NCBI RefSeq assembly: GCF_964204645.1
Contig: NC_134030.1
Coordinates: forward strand, 15,934,110 to 15,998,109
Direction of reading: 5' to 3'
Origin: Tubulanus polymorphus
Lineage: Eukaryota; Animalia; Nemertea
DNA: 64,000 nucleotides
Under the pieces are notes generated by a model that was not told where the DNA came from, made no database searches, and saw only the letters and a list, made by a program, of their open reading frames with translations. Of this stretch, positions 52,529 to 64,000 are shown one piece after another (positions within the stretch are counted from its first letter, which is position 1; each line of letters opens with the position of its first letter). Both the position numbers and the translations under genes were made by a program.

Positions 52529-54970
52529 TTAAACCCAACGCCATTTTCTTTTATTAATTACACCAACATACCCCGATTTTGACACTTGAGGTATGTTCTG
52601 ATATGGATCGAACCGGAACGACGGTCTATCAATACGCATAGAACTGTCTGACCACTTTTGCTTTATTTCACCACATACGCATTACAGTAAGTTTACTGTT
52701 TCTGATGTTTTGACTGTAAACTCAGTCTCATTGCCGCGATAGCTGGAAAGCTGCACCTTTTTGGCTTCAGGATAGCAAGCTCAGTCTATCTGCGCGTGGT
52801 GGTGGCTGGAAAGTTGCCTCTTGACATCAGTCTCATTAAAAACTACCAAAAACCTAATTGTGACAATGTAAATAAAACCCGATGAAGACTGTATATTCGT
52901 AAGTGTACAAATATGTATTCAATATTCACGTGCCTGTGCCGCTTTCTTACTGACGGTCCATCAATGCGCATAGCACTGTCCGTTTGATTGCGACGCATCC
53001 ACATACCTAACTATGCACTGTATATTAGAAACACAAAACTGCTCCCGTCTAAAAACTTTTCCTTTTAGGAAAACTCCATTTAGCACCAGATGTGAAGTAC
53101 CGATTGCGCTCCCCTTGACGGAGAAACCCATCCTCATCGGAGCTGCACCGTCGATGTCATAAACTACACTTCGGATACCCAACGACCATACTCTCATCTG
53201 GAAAATTTGCGTTTCGAAATGTGCTTCCTTTCTATCTAGTCAACACGCGGAACAATCAACTTAGAGGACTTCTACATCAACATCTACCCGAGAAAAAAAC
53301 CACAATAAACTATCGGACTATTTACACGTAGAAAACGACCAAAAAAAAATAAAAATGGACAAAATGATCTTCACCCTTGTAATTAGCTATTTCCAAAATC
53401 TTGATGTATTAAATTAGGCAGCCAGAAAAATTCACCCCAATCAGTCACTTGCCGTTTCAGACTGCTTGGAAGATTGTTTGAACGAACCGGAACCGAATTT
53501 CCAATTATGTACTTCGATTTAAAAAAAAATTCTGTAAATTAGACCGCCGAGCAAACAACTATATCTGTACTTCGATTTCCGATTTCAAAATCAAACCCCC
53601 TGTTTCGCTCCCGGCAGGTGTGGTGGGTCTGTAAGGGACACTCAATCAAAAAATCTAAAGAAATTTACAAACCAAATAAACAACAGGGACAATCCCTATT
53701 TTAAGATCAAAAATCAAAATTAGTAACACACTTATCATTTATACACATATCACATTTAGAAAATAGGTTTTACACAATATTCTATTTAGAGGGCACTTGA
53801 CCTTTAAAGTATTCATTCGTTTGACAAATCTTCAACTCAATTCCTACCAACAAGTTATTAGTGGTGACACGAAAAATGACGTCATTGACTCACTACTATC
53901 TCATAAACTTCATGACTACGTCATGAAGGTAAAATACAAGTCGCCTCATTGAATGGGGCTCAATTTTCGATGTTTATGGCCCAACAGTGCTTTTGTAATG
54001 CTGATTCATCAAAATACGCACAGAGTATCTGTAGATTGAAGTGAGCACAATGAAATTAAACTGATTGTATCGGAAACAGCAGTAAGGTAAATAAATTGCC
54101 CATGGGCAAAGTGTGGTTTACCTTGAAAGCTAGAGGTTCTTTGGAGTAAGGGCATTGCTTGAAAAATCTTTTTAATTTGTGACTTCAAAGTTCTAGAAGT
54201 TTATATTGTATTTTATCTTTCTTAAAGAATTATTTTGTAGTCAAATAAGACCAAAGATAAATATTTGTATGAAAAAATATTCATATAAAACTCATATGAT
54301 GTCACATATCAGAGGGTGGCTGAATATTGAGTCTTAGAAACGACACCACTTCCAACGTATGGCCGCGGAAGCTAAAACACCGGGGCGTAGTATTAGATAA
54401 TTTTAAATCCTGGAATTTACCACTACAACATTCAGACATTGACTTATTCTTTAGTTTGCTGCTTAGTATTTTCAGGTCACAAGAAATTAAAATTTATCAC
54501 AAATTCTATCAAACAGAAAACACAGCGCTCATCTGCTACGACGATTATTCAGCCTGTTATCACCAAACGTGCACGCACCAAGCAGCGTTACAGCATCACC
54601 ATATAGTAGTCTGTACGAGTGTGTTTGTGTGTGCAACAGTCTAATGTTTAGCACTCCCGCGCGTGTGGAGGCCTTATGTAGTGAATGTTCGATTCACTTC
54701 AATCTCAATCAACACAATCACCGGGTATTAAAATGAAACAATACCTATGGCGATATGTGAAATAATCATGTTCTCACCAGCAATGAACATTTAAAATTCA
54801 CACATATACGGCACCTAGTCCAATGAAACATTCGCCAGTAATGGCTTTCCCATAATTATTTTAGTAGCGCCAGAATTCCCCGTATATCCCAAAAACAGCC
54901 AATCACATTCGCTCGTAGAGACATCTACCCTTCAATCGAGGTCATTGCAATTTTATACGCAAGAGCTAAG

Positions 54971-55324
54971 AATTTTCCATCCTCCCTCTGCAGGGACTCG
55001 AACCTGATGGCATCGCTACACTCAGCCACGGCACGAACCCCTGCATCAGTAGACTGGGTGCGCAGGTACATGCGCAGCTTTCCGAACGAAAACTGGCGGC
55101 ACCAATCAGATTGCTCGTTGTATAATCGTTGAGGCAAATTTCAAGGATGAACTATAAATGGGAAACCCCGGGCTAAAATAAAACGGGATTTCTGATTGGC
55201 TAAAAATCACATCATCTGAACTGCGCATGTATCTGCGCACGCGGTCGATTATGGCAGGGTTTCGTGCCGTGGCAATCTCGATGCCATCAGGTTCGAATCC
55301 CTGCCGGGGGAGGATGAGAATTTT
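54971..55324. repeat. Inverted pair of tRNA-like (B-box) units
   Basis: ~140-bp inverted arms containing GATGCCATCAGGTTCGA(A/G)TCCCTGC, TGCGCATGT and CCAAT boxes. Confidence 0.6.
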
Positions 55325-56147
55325 CCCGCCAAAGCAGTTTTTCGTCGAATTTAAACAAAGTTGACCGTGTCATCGACGGAGGTTCGTCTTGTCTTGAATC
55401 ACACGGATTATACATCTTTTAACCCAAGAACCAATGAAACAAATGCTCACATAAAAAAAACGTACCCGATTTTACATGAATTGGCTCAATGCCAACCTCA
55501 TACTGCTGACAAACAGAGTTGCCACTTATGTGAAGCTAAAAAACCCGGAAAATAAGTCGGGGGGTCTGGGGGCCCTCCCCTAGAAAATTTTTTGAAATTA
55601 GAACGCCAGGAGATGCGTTCTGGCACAATACGCGTTATAGGTCTCACTTTCATTACCGCCTATAGATCATTTTTTCAAATAGCGATTGGTTCCGTCAAAT
55701 ACACCTCATATATAAACCAGAGCCAAAAACAAACGAAGCGTCAGTCGATTTCGATCGTCGCGTCATCTTGGTTTAATTGCGTACTGCCGGGTTGTTGCCA
55801 CTACGTGGCAGCACAATACGGCTTTTTCGAACACTCTACGGAGCCGTCACGTTTTGATGTTAAGGGTCGAATCCCGAATTGATTTTATTATTTTCGCGAT
55901 GTTTTCTTTAGTGGTTATTTGACTTCTCCCGAAATGAAATTGGATTTTTTTTAAATCCGGAATTCCGGAGAAATCCGGAGAAGTGGCAACTCTGGACAAA
56001 GGTAAACCAAAAAGCCTTTGTTCTTTCGACGAAAATAGTGGGGAAACAAATTAATAAAGGTGCGAAGCAGCGATAACGGGTTTACTGCACAGCCTAGTTC
56101 GCGTCGAACACGAATGTGTGTATGCTCACGCGGCCCCATCAGGCTAT

Positions 56148-56520
56148 GAAAGTGAAGGGAATTTAGAATCCTGTTCAACGGTCAACACGGTTTTATAAAA
56201 TGAAGTTCTACAAACAGTCAATTCAGCTTACTTGTAACCATGGATGATTGGACCAGATTGTTATTTGACTCTGGAAAATCGATTGTTAGGCCTTATTTAG
56301 TCTTTATAGAGTTCGAAAAGCATTTGATTAGGCACTACATTAGCAATTACTAAACAAGCCTCTAGAAAAATGGTATCAATGATGGGTCACTTAAATGGCT
56401 CAGTTGTTTTCTCCAATCGAAAACAGGGGGCGAAATCAACAGAACTGTCTATTCTTGGAAATAAGTAGATCTAACTAGTGGAGTCACTCAATGTAGTATC
56501 CTAAGTGTTCTTCTCTTCAG
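56148..56520 (+). repeat. Decayed CR1/L2-type RT fragment (repeat copy B)
   Basis: Colinear with 43427-43800. Confidence 0.7.
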
Positions 56521-57551
56521 TCCTGATAAACTGAAATGTACACACCAAGTAAATTTCTAAAACGACCTAAACAAGTTTATCCCGTACATGGTCAGAAACA
56601 TGGAAGATAAACTTCAACCTAAAAAGGTATAATATGGATATTGGATACAAAGAAAACACAGGGGCATATTCTGTTCGATCGAACAATATACTTTTTGTTC
56701 GACTAAATAATTCAGATGTACCATCATACATGCATCTAGGTTATGGTTTTCCCTGAACGTCGTAATTTTCTTATAAGTTTTATGACTGCTACTCGCTAGA
56801 TACGACACGATGCCGACACGCTGGTAATAGCTCTCTCATTCCTTGAGAGCTAAAAAAGGCCAGCCTGGTGGAATTATAGCCCTTATTTACCCTGTTTTAT
56901 GTTAAGCATAAAGAAGGCGCTACATTATGATAAACAATAACCATTGTTATTGTTATTATAGTAGAACTGGCCTAAGTTGGACGGCTTTAAGTTGGAAAAT
57001 CGGCTAAGTCGGCAAGGTCCTGAGTTTATAAGTTGTATATCATGACATGTTCTATGATTGTAGTTAGTTTTACTGTCACTGGTTTTTTATATGGGCATCA
57101 TATAGTGGAAAAACTCGGCCTAGCGCCAGTGTTGGTTGTTCAGATAACGTAGTTATAGGCTGTATCTGGCATTATTTCAGAAAAGGGGCACATACATCGC
57201 TCAAAATCTGGGCAAAACCATATCAAAAATGTTCTAAAACGGCCTAGGCACGACTCAATTATATTTTAGAAAGGACAAGTTATATTGCCAAAGATTCAGA
57301 GAAGGCACTAGAAATAGTGAAATCCTGTAAAAACAGAACTAATTTCCAAAAATTCCAATCTATATATGATTGTTTGGTGTTTAATGCCTGAGATGCACTG
57401 ACAGGGCTTCACATTTCTCTTTGTCGTTGTAAAAGAAATTTGGAAAGGTGCCCTATCAAATGGGTGCTACCACTTTAAACTCTTCTTAAATCATGGCACG
57501 AGGCCAAGGTAGTGGTATATCATGGTCGGCTGCTTATCTTATGTACATTAA

Positions 57552-57839
57552 CCCTTTCAGTGCGTCTACACCGCAGTGCGGTGTATAAATCAGTGATGGA
57601 TTTTGCTAGTACACCGCACTGCGGTGTATTGATGTAATTAGTAATTTGTAATTATCTCTATTGAAAAATGTCAGCAAGTGTCAAACATAGTGAAATACTA
57701 GTAACTAACGATACACCGCACTGCGGTGTAGAGGCACTATAGTGGAATTCCCATTGTTCAACACACTAGGGTGGAATTTTTTAGAATTTTCAAATTTTCT
57801 CCAGCACTATAGGGTATTAATTAGTCAGCACTGAAAGGG
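57552..57839. mobile_element. piggyBac-type MITE, 288 bp
   Basis: TTAA TSDs; TIR CCCTTTCAGTGC/GCACTGAAAGGG; three internal TACACCGCA(G/C)TGCGGTGTA palindromes. Confidence 0.9.
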
Positions 57840-57947
57840 TTAAAAAGAGGTTAAAGATTAGCTAATTTGCTGTATTCAATTATTGCAAGATCCCATATAA
57901 TTAATCAATTGAATTCAATTTAATTATTGAAACCTACCAGTATTTAC

Positions 57948-58086
57948 CTGGTTCTGCAGCAATCAATCTGAAATATCTATCAGCTGTAGGATCATCTTTA
58001 GCATCCATCAAACCCTGGATTAGGTTTACTCCTATTTTCCTTTTCTTATGGTCATTGGCAACTTCTAACATTTTACGAAACCAAGC
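57948..58086 (-). CDS. Host gene internal exon
   Basis: AG/GT bounded; open frame AWFRKMLEVANDHKKRKIGVNLIQGLMDAKDDPTADRYFRLIAAEP. Confidence 0.7.
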
Positions 58087-58194
58087 CTAAGATAAAGTGA
58101 CTACATAATGAAATCATAATTTCAATGAACACTAACAACATTGTTGGTTTCACCAGCAAGTAATGATATCATAAGCTGGCAAGCAAGGACTTAC

Positions 58195-58301
58195 CAATTG
58201 TTGTGCCATTTTTCGCTCTCGCTGTTGAAGTATTTGCATTTCTGTCTGTATTTTTTCTATTTCTGGATCAATTTGCTGAAGAATGAATTGAAGTTGTTCT
58301 A
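58195..58301 (-). CDS. Host gene internal exon (coiled coil)
   Basis: EQLQFILQQIDPEIEKIQTEMQILQQRERKMAQQL|GTAAG; splices in frame to the next exon over a 108-bp intron. Confidence 0.7.
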
Positions 58302-59029
58302 CTAGATACTAGATAAACGATACATGCAAAAGAACTAGAATTTTGCAGAATTTTGCACTTGTTGCTAAAACACGTACACGTATATCGCCAAGACATCAGG
58401 CAACACCCTCCCAAACCCAGGTCCAAAATTAATATTGGTTTTTGATGAAATTTTCTATGCAGTCATTTGGTATCTCAGCAGTCATTCCCTATAAATCAAT
58501 AAATTTATACGATTTCATTGCTCTATATGAAATAGATCCATTTTCAATTTAAGATGAGTCAAACATGTTGAATAGCATTATGACCTTCATTCATCTACTA
58601 ATACATAATTAGCCTATATCTCATGTGAAATATCAACGCTCTACTTTCCAAACCATTCAGCCCCAAAGTGCACATTTCTAGAATCCAAGATTGCTACCAG
58701 TCAACCATCTTGGATGGCATCATGAGCTAGATTCAGACAGATACACAATGTAACTACCTAACATTATTAGGTGAAATATCAATGCTCTACAGTAATAGGG
58801 CAAAATGTACATTTACAGAATCAAAGATGGTGTAATGGATGGGGCCATCCGAAATCCGTATTTTAATATTATCGAGTCCAAGGACCAAATTATAGTATTC
58901 CTGTGGAACTGGAAGTAGTTCCCTCCAGTGTGACCATAAATCCGAGGCAAGGCTACAGTATTCTATCGTTCGTGTTCAATCTTTCGTAATCTGTTCCTTT
59001 AAGTATTCATTTGTGCTCTATTGTCATTT

Positions 59030-60060
59030 ATTTTTAGGGTTTTCTGTTACATCACAGAAAACCCTATTGATATTCGCATGTTTATTATTATTATTTGACA
59101 ATTGACGTCAAAACTGCAAAGGCTTTCTCATCTTACCGCTGTTTTCGATACAATCCGTTTTATTTCATTTAGCTCACTTCGATCTACAGATACTGCATGG
59201 GAATTTTGATGAATCAACGTTACAAAAGCACTGTCGGGTTGTAAACATCGAAAATTGAGCCCCATTCAATGAGGCATCATCCCGACATCATCCGCAGGCT
59301 GGTCCTCACTTCGATTATCAATTCAAGTGTAAATAAAAAAATTTATTGCCGCAAGCCTTCGCATTCAGTCGCGGTCTTCAAACCGTAATTTTAACAATTA
59401 CCCATTTTCTTCATCGGTACACTTTACCGATCCACATGATATTTACTACTCTGAATATTATAAATATCATAGGCACTATTTAGCTGTAAAGATCAATAAT
59501 CAACATGTCTTTACGTCGTCGTTCCGCGGATCCGATGCAAGTTTTCCTCGCCATAAGAATCAAATCAAGTACAAATAAATTTATTACTCCCAGTGATTTG
59601 CCCGCGGGCTTCAAACAGTTAGTTTTACAATATTCTATTTTCCTTTACCAAATTAACCGGATATTTACTACGATAAATCATTTGAGTACCGGCAAGTCGT
59701 AGGCCTAAACTAAACAGGCCGAACAGATTCAGCAGGGAAAAGCTGTAGTGTCGACGAGGTATCAAAAATAAATGAATCTATTACTACAGTGATTTGGCCC
59801 CAGGCTTCAACCATGAATCAGTATTCTATTTTTCCTACAGTACATACCGAGCTTTTCCAAATCCACGGATATTTAGTAAATACCTGTATATGACATATTA
59901 TCATCCGTCGGAGAAAAGCTGTTGTGTCGACGAGGTATCAAAATAAAAGAATATATTACTTGATTCGGCCGTGAGCTTCATTGAATTTTTCCTACAGTAG
60001 ATACCGATCTTTACCAAATACACAAGATATTTGCTAAATACAAGTATATGACATACTCTC
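59030..60060. repeat. Unclassified dispersed repeat with internal ~180-bp tandem units
   Basis: AAAGCTGT.GTGTCGACGAGGTATCAAAA recurs; 59170-59276 has an inverted copy at 53944-54050. Confidence 0.6.
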
Positions 60061-60659
60061 ATCCGTAAGCTGGACTCACGCTTATATTCGGAGAAAGTGT
60101 TCGCCGCGGGGATAGGAGATCGTTCCTCGGGTCGCTTGAAATGTTTATTGAGTTGTACGTGATCTTCAGGTCTACCGGTACTGGGCTTTACTGTATCAAA
60201 TAAACACATGTAATTGTTGTGATAATTAACGGACTCATGGATTGAACTCCAATACAAAATTAGCAAAAAAAATCCGGCAACATTGCTGCAATGTACAAAA
60301 GATTTCTTTCTTCATAATCCGAAAATGAAATCGATTTTACGAATTGAATAACCCAGAGACCTATCCCTGTTGAGTAAGGTGTAGGAATACGATGTTTAGG
60401 AGGGTTGAAATTCAATAGGCCTAAGACCAATCCGTCCGGATGTTAGGCCTACGCATATACATAGGCCTGCGTAGGCTAGAAGCCTCTACTAGGTTAAAGC
60501 TAGGTTCACTATAAAGGAGGAATCAGATTTATTAAAATGCATGTATTAGTGATTAACTGGTTCTGACTTCCAATGATCAATCACAATTATTAACTATATT
60601 TTCTTGGCAAAAGTGAAGAATTAATTCATAATGACTTAAGTTACTGCGGATCCCCAGAA

Positions 60660-61170
60660 AGATCTTTTTTTTTGTTCAAAAAACCTTTCGCTCGAAATTT
60701 TTTTCGTCGAAGCAAAAAATTTTTTTGTTCAAAACAAAAATATTTCGTTCGATTGAACCAATTCGAAAAAATCATTAGGAAAAAGTTGTTTTAGTTGGAA
60801 CAAACTTTTCGTCCATACGAAATGTTTTTCGTTCGAACAATTGTTCGATCGAACAGAATCGTTTTCATTCTCTTGTCAGAATGTTAACTTTTCCGTTGGA
60901 ACAAGCAATAACATAGCTTTTTATTCGAACAATTTTTTTTGTCAGAACAAAGAAAAGTTTTCGTTCGAACAAAAAGCATATCGTTCCATCAAACGGAATT
61001 GTTTTTATTCAAACAAGATTTTCTTGTCGGAACATAAAGTTTTTTGTTCAAACAGATTTATTGTTTGATCGAAGCGTTTTTCGATCCAAAGAGCAAAATT
61101 CTGGTGGAACTAACTCTTTTCGTTACAATTAATGAGTAATCTTTATTCGAACAAAATAATATTCGAACAC
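60660..61170. repeat. Degenerate TTCGTTCGAACAA-rich tandem array
   Basis: Short motif recurs many times; a related piece lies at ~56670. Confidence 0.65.
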
Positions 61171-61247
61171 AAAGGTATAATCTGAACGTGGGTTTTCTTT
61201 GTATCCAATATCTGTGATGGAATATGTCCATCAGTCGTTTTCTATGT

Positions 61248-64000
61248 TGTAACTGGAGGGTGCTGCCCTCTCTCTCGAAAATACAGAACAATAGGTGATT
61301 GTGTTAATATCTTTTGTCCGCCTTTTTACTGGTTTTTGGGCTCTCAGAGTCGATATTTGGAGGAAACTTCTACTGTGGAACAGGCAGAATAGGACCTCGT
61401 TACATCTGGTGGCAGCGTAGTGGGATTTGATTGTGAAAAAACCAGTTGAAATTGAGTTGAAGCGGTGAACACGTTTTTCTCCGTTTAGTCTGTGTAAATT
61501 ACTGTTACTTTTTGTGTGTACTTAACGTATTTTTTTTACCTACTTCGTAATTCCTAGTACATATTTAGTATTTTTAAGTGCCTGTTTCCCCTACATTTAT
61601 TTGCGGTCCTGTATTTTCTGTGTCATTTATATAAAAGAATAGTAATTATGTCGGATGTTGAGAATGATGTGTGTGAGCCCTTGGCCTTATCTAGGCCTAT
61701 GTCACCAACGGCCGGAGCTGCACATCATGACCTCCTGGTTAGTGGGGAGGGTAACCTCTCGTTAAAACCAAAACGTGGCCGTCCAACGAAGACAAAAGCC
61801 GAAAATTTGAAAACATCTGAGGATTCCATCCTCCAGCGACTGACTGAAGTGATGGAGAGGGTCGTGACGAGAGATGCACCCACCCCGAAAATGCACAATA
61901 TTCCGGCACCCAAGCCCTATACCATGGGACACAATTTCCGCGTTTGGCTCGAAAGGTTTGACGCGTTCGCTGACCTGGCCCAGATTAGTTCTCGCATCAA
62001 CGGGGGCGAACAGCGTAAATCACACCTGATGATGCGACTTGACCATGAGGCATACCAGGCTGTCTCGAACCTACGTCTCGACTCGAGCCTGTCGTATGAT
62101 GATTTCTGTCGGCGGCTATCATCCCGTTTCCAACAAACAAAGACTGTGGATGACTTTAAGATGTTGTTGAAAGGGAGGGACCAAAAGACAACTGAATCTG
62201 TGGAACGCTATGCCGACGAGTTAGCAGAGCTGGCAAGGAACGCATACCCTGGCATTGCCTTCGAGCTGCAGGATGAATTGGCCAAAGACCAATTCCTTAA
62301 AGGTAATAGCCTACCCGTCTCAGCGAAGCAGTCAATGTATGCGGCCCAGCCAAGTTCGTTGGCTGCAGCAGTCGCTCAAGCACGGACTCTGGAAACAGCG
62401 AGACGGTTGACTGAGGGCACGACTCATAAACAAAAAGTATCCGTTAACCAGACCCAGCTCGACTCGACTAGCTCAGCCATAACCAAACAACTCGACGAAT
62501 TGAAGTCGATGATGGGAACGCTGATGACTCGAGTAGGCCATTTGGAAGCAGTTGTCTCTGGTAATGGCAATCGTCGACAACCCGCCGATGACAAATGTTG
62601 GCGTTGCAGGGATGCAGACCACCCCAAAAACTTGTGCCCACAAGTTAAATGCTATAATTGCGGGGGGAGTGGTCACTATTCAAGTAACTGCCACCTACCT
62701 AAGGGAAACCAGGGAAACGAGAAGCGGGGTTTTCAGGGGGGCAGTGGAAACCCCATCAGGAAATAGTCCCCCCTGTACCGCTGTATATACCCCCCGCAAG
62801 ACGTAGGAAAAATCGGATGAATACGGCAAATGGTCTAACGTGCGATGCAAGTAGAGATGCACCTATTGATGGTTACCATCATACTAGCCCCACCACCGTG
62901 AGACCATCAAACCATATTCAAATGATATCGAGACCATCAAACCATATTCAAACGACACCTCAAGATGGATATGTGGTTGCTGGCCCGGCATGTGATTCTA
63001 GTGGAGATACACCTACTGATGGTCTGCATCCTACTAGAACCATCACTGTTAGACCACCACAACATACCCAAAGTATAGAAGAAAATCGACGTGACCCTTC
63101 GGAGAACAGTGAGGCTCCCAGTCCGGCTACGGAAAACACTTGTCACAAGTTGCGCGACACCAAGGTTCAAACAACAGGGACAGAACCAGCCCAGACGAGC
63201 TTAGTTACAAACATCGGAACAGTGAGGCTCCACGCCTCGGGCCTTTTCTGTGATGCCGTAGTAAATGACCATTCGAAAGCGGTGGTACTCCTGGACACTG
63301 GTGCCTCCTGCACAATCATTAGAGGTTCGGTATGGGACTCTAGCAGCCCGACTGGTGAAGCCGCTGCACTGAGGCCAATCGAAGGAATCGTGACAACGGC
63401 TACCGGTCAGCCAATGGAGTTACGTGGATTAGCTGATGTATGTCTGAGAGTTGGAACTGAAGAATTTCATGTCCCCATGATCGTCAGTGAGGATTTGGCA
63501 CAAGACTGCTTGCTTGGAAGTGATTTCTTCGAGAAATATGGCTGCAACATAGATTACCGTAATAAAGTGCTCCGCTTCGGAAGCCTCAGCGAGGTGCCTG
63601 TCCGCCAGAGCCCCAAACGCGCGAGCGCTTGCAGGGTGTTCATCAGTAAGAGCCAAATCATTCCAGCTGGATCCGAGGTGGTGGTAAATGGATACATGAA
63701 ACGGAGTTATGCTCATAATAATTCGACCTCAGGGATGATCAGCAGCTGTGGACGGAATAATTTTTGCACTGGGAAAACACTGGTGGTACCGGAGGCAAAC
63801 CAGATACCGGTTCGGCTGGCTAACTTCTCGGATGAGGCTTGTAGAGTCGACAGGGGCCAGACTATTGGTCTATTCTGCCCCCTACAGTCAGTTGACATCA
63901 TGACTATCGACGACCATGCTCAAAACCCGTCAACTCCAAAAATCCAGCTGCAGGGTGGTGACAATACTGAATTCAAGGACCTCTTGAGAGAATTGAAAAT
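61248..64000 (+). mobile_element. Gypsy/Ty3 LTR retrotransposon, 5' part
   Basis: Candidate LTR TGTAAC...GTTACA at 61248-61404 (start uncertain); PBS TGGTGGCAGCG at 61407 (tRNA-Leu-like); gag; protease LLDTGAS at ~63288-63308. Confidence 0.88.
61648..62766 (+). CDS. gag: Gypsy Gag
   Basis: FRVWLERF capsid-like region; two CCHC knuckles; AT-hook-like PKRGRP. Confidence 0.88.
   Translation: MSDVENDVCEPLALSRPMSPTAGAAHHDLLVSGEGNLSLKPKRGRPTKTKAENLKTSEDSILQRLTEVMERVVTRDAPTPKMHNIPAPKPYTMGHNFRVWLERFDAFADLAQISSRINGGEQRKSHLMMRLDHEAYQAVSNLRLDSSLSYDDFCRRLSSRFQQTKTVDDFKMLLKGRDQKTTESVERYADELAELARNAYPGIAFELQDELAKDQFLKGNSLPVSAKQSMYAAQPSSLAAAVAQARTLETARRLTEGTTHKQKVSVNQTQLDSTSSAITKQLDELKSMMGTLMTRVGHLEAVVSGNGNRRQPADDKCWRCRDADHPKNLCPQVKCYNCGGSGHYSSNCHLPKGNQGNEKRGFQGGSGNPIRK

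Larger units (their letters stand above)
47530..52570 (+). mobile_element. L1/Tx1-clade LINE, near full length, decayed
   Basis: ORF1 47741-48619 with a CCHC knuckle; ORF2 48668-52528 with APE endonuclease (LQETH, VYAPN, GDFN, RIDRF), RT (RQGCP, YADD) and C-terminal CKIC..H..C. Ends are approximate. Confidence 0.92.

Overview
Metazoan (probably invertebrate) genomic DNA made almost entirely of nested mobile elements. The centrepiece is a 13.4-kb, very AT-rich endogenous Polinton-like (adintovirus-type) virus at 16733-30128, bounded by AGT...ACT ends and a perfect 6-bp target-site duplication (TSD). It encodes a protein-primed-type PolB, a double-jelly-roll-type major capsid protein, a penton, a truncated packaging ATPase and a run of membrane proteins. 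Two features are unusual: each end is a ~189-bp fold-back hairpin, and almost every structural gene starts at a poxvirus-late-promoter-like TAAATG, several with an upstream T6-8 run and 6-7 nt spacer. This suggests (inference) a hyperparasite of a cytoplasmic pox-like virus. A second copy of the same family (1-2665) and a 3-kb deletion derivative of a sister family (44454-47494) show the same end structure with compensatory changes. The virus sits inside a spliced hAT transposon (5139-30294, which also holds an EnSpm/CACTA element), and the hAT sits inside a BEL/Pao retrotransposon. The right half holds a young BEL/Pao element, an L1/Tx1 LINE, MITEs, the 5' part of a Gypsy element, and three exons of a host gene ending in a CaaX motif. 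All family assignments come from motifs read by eye; no searches were run.
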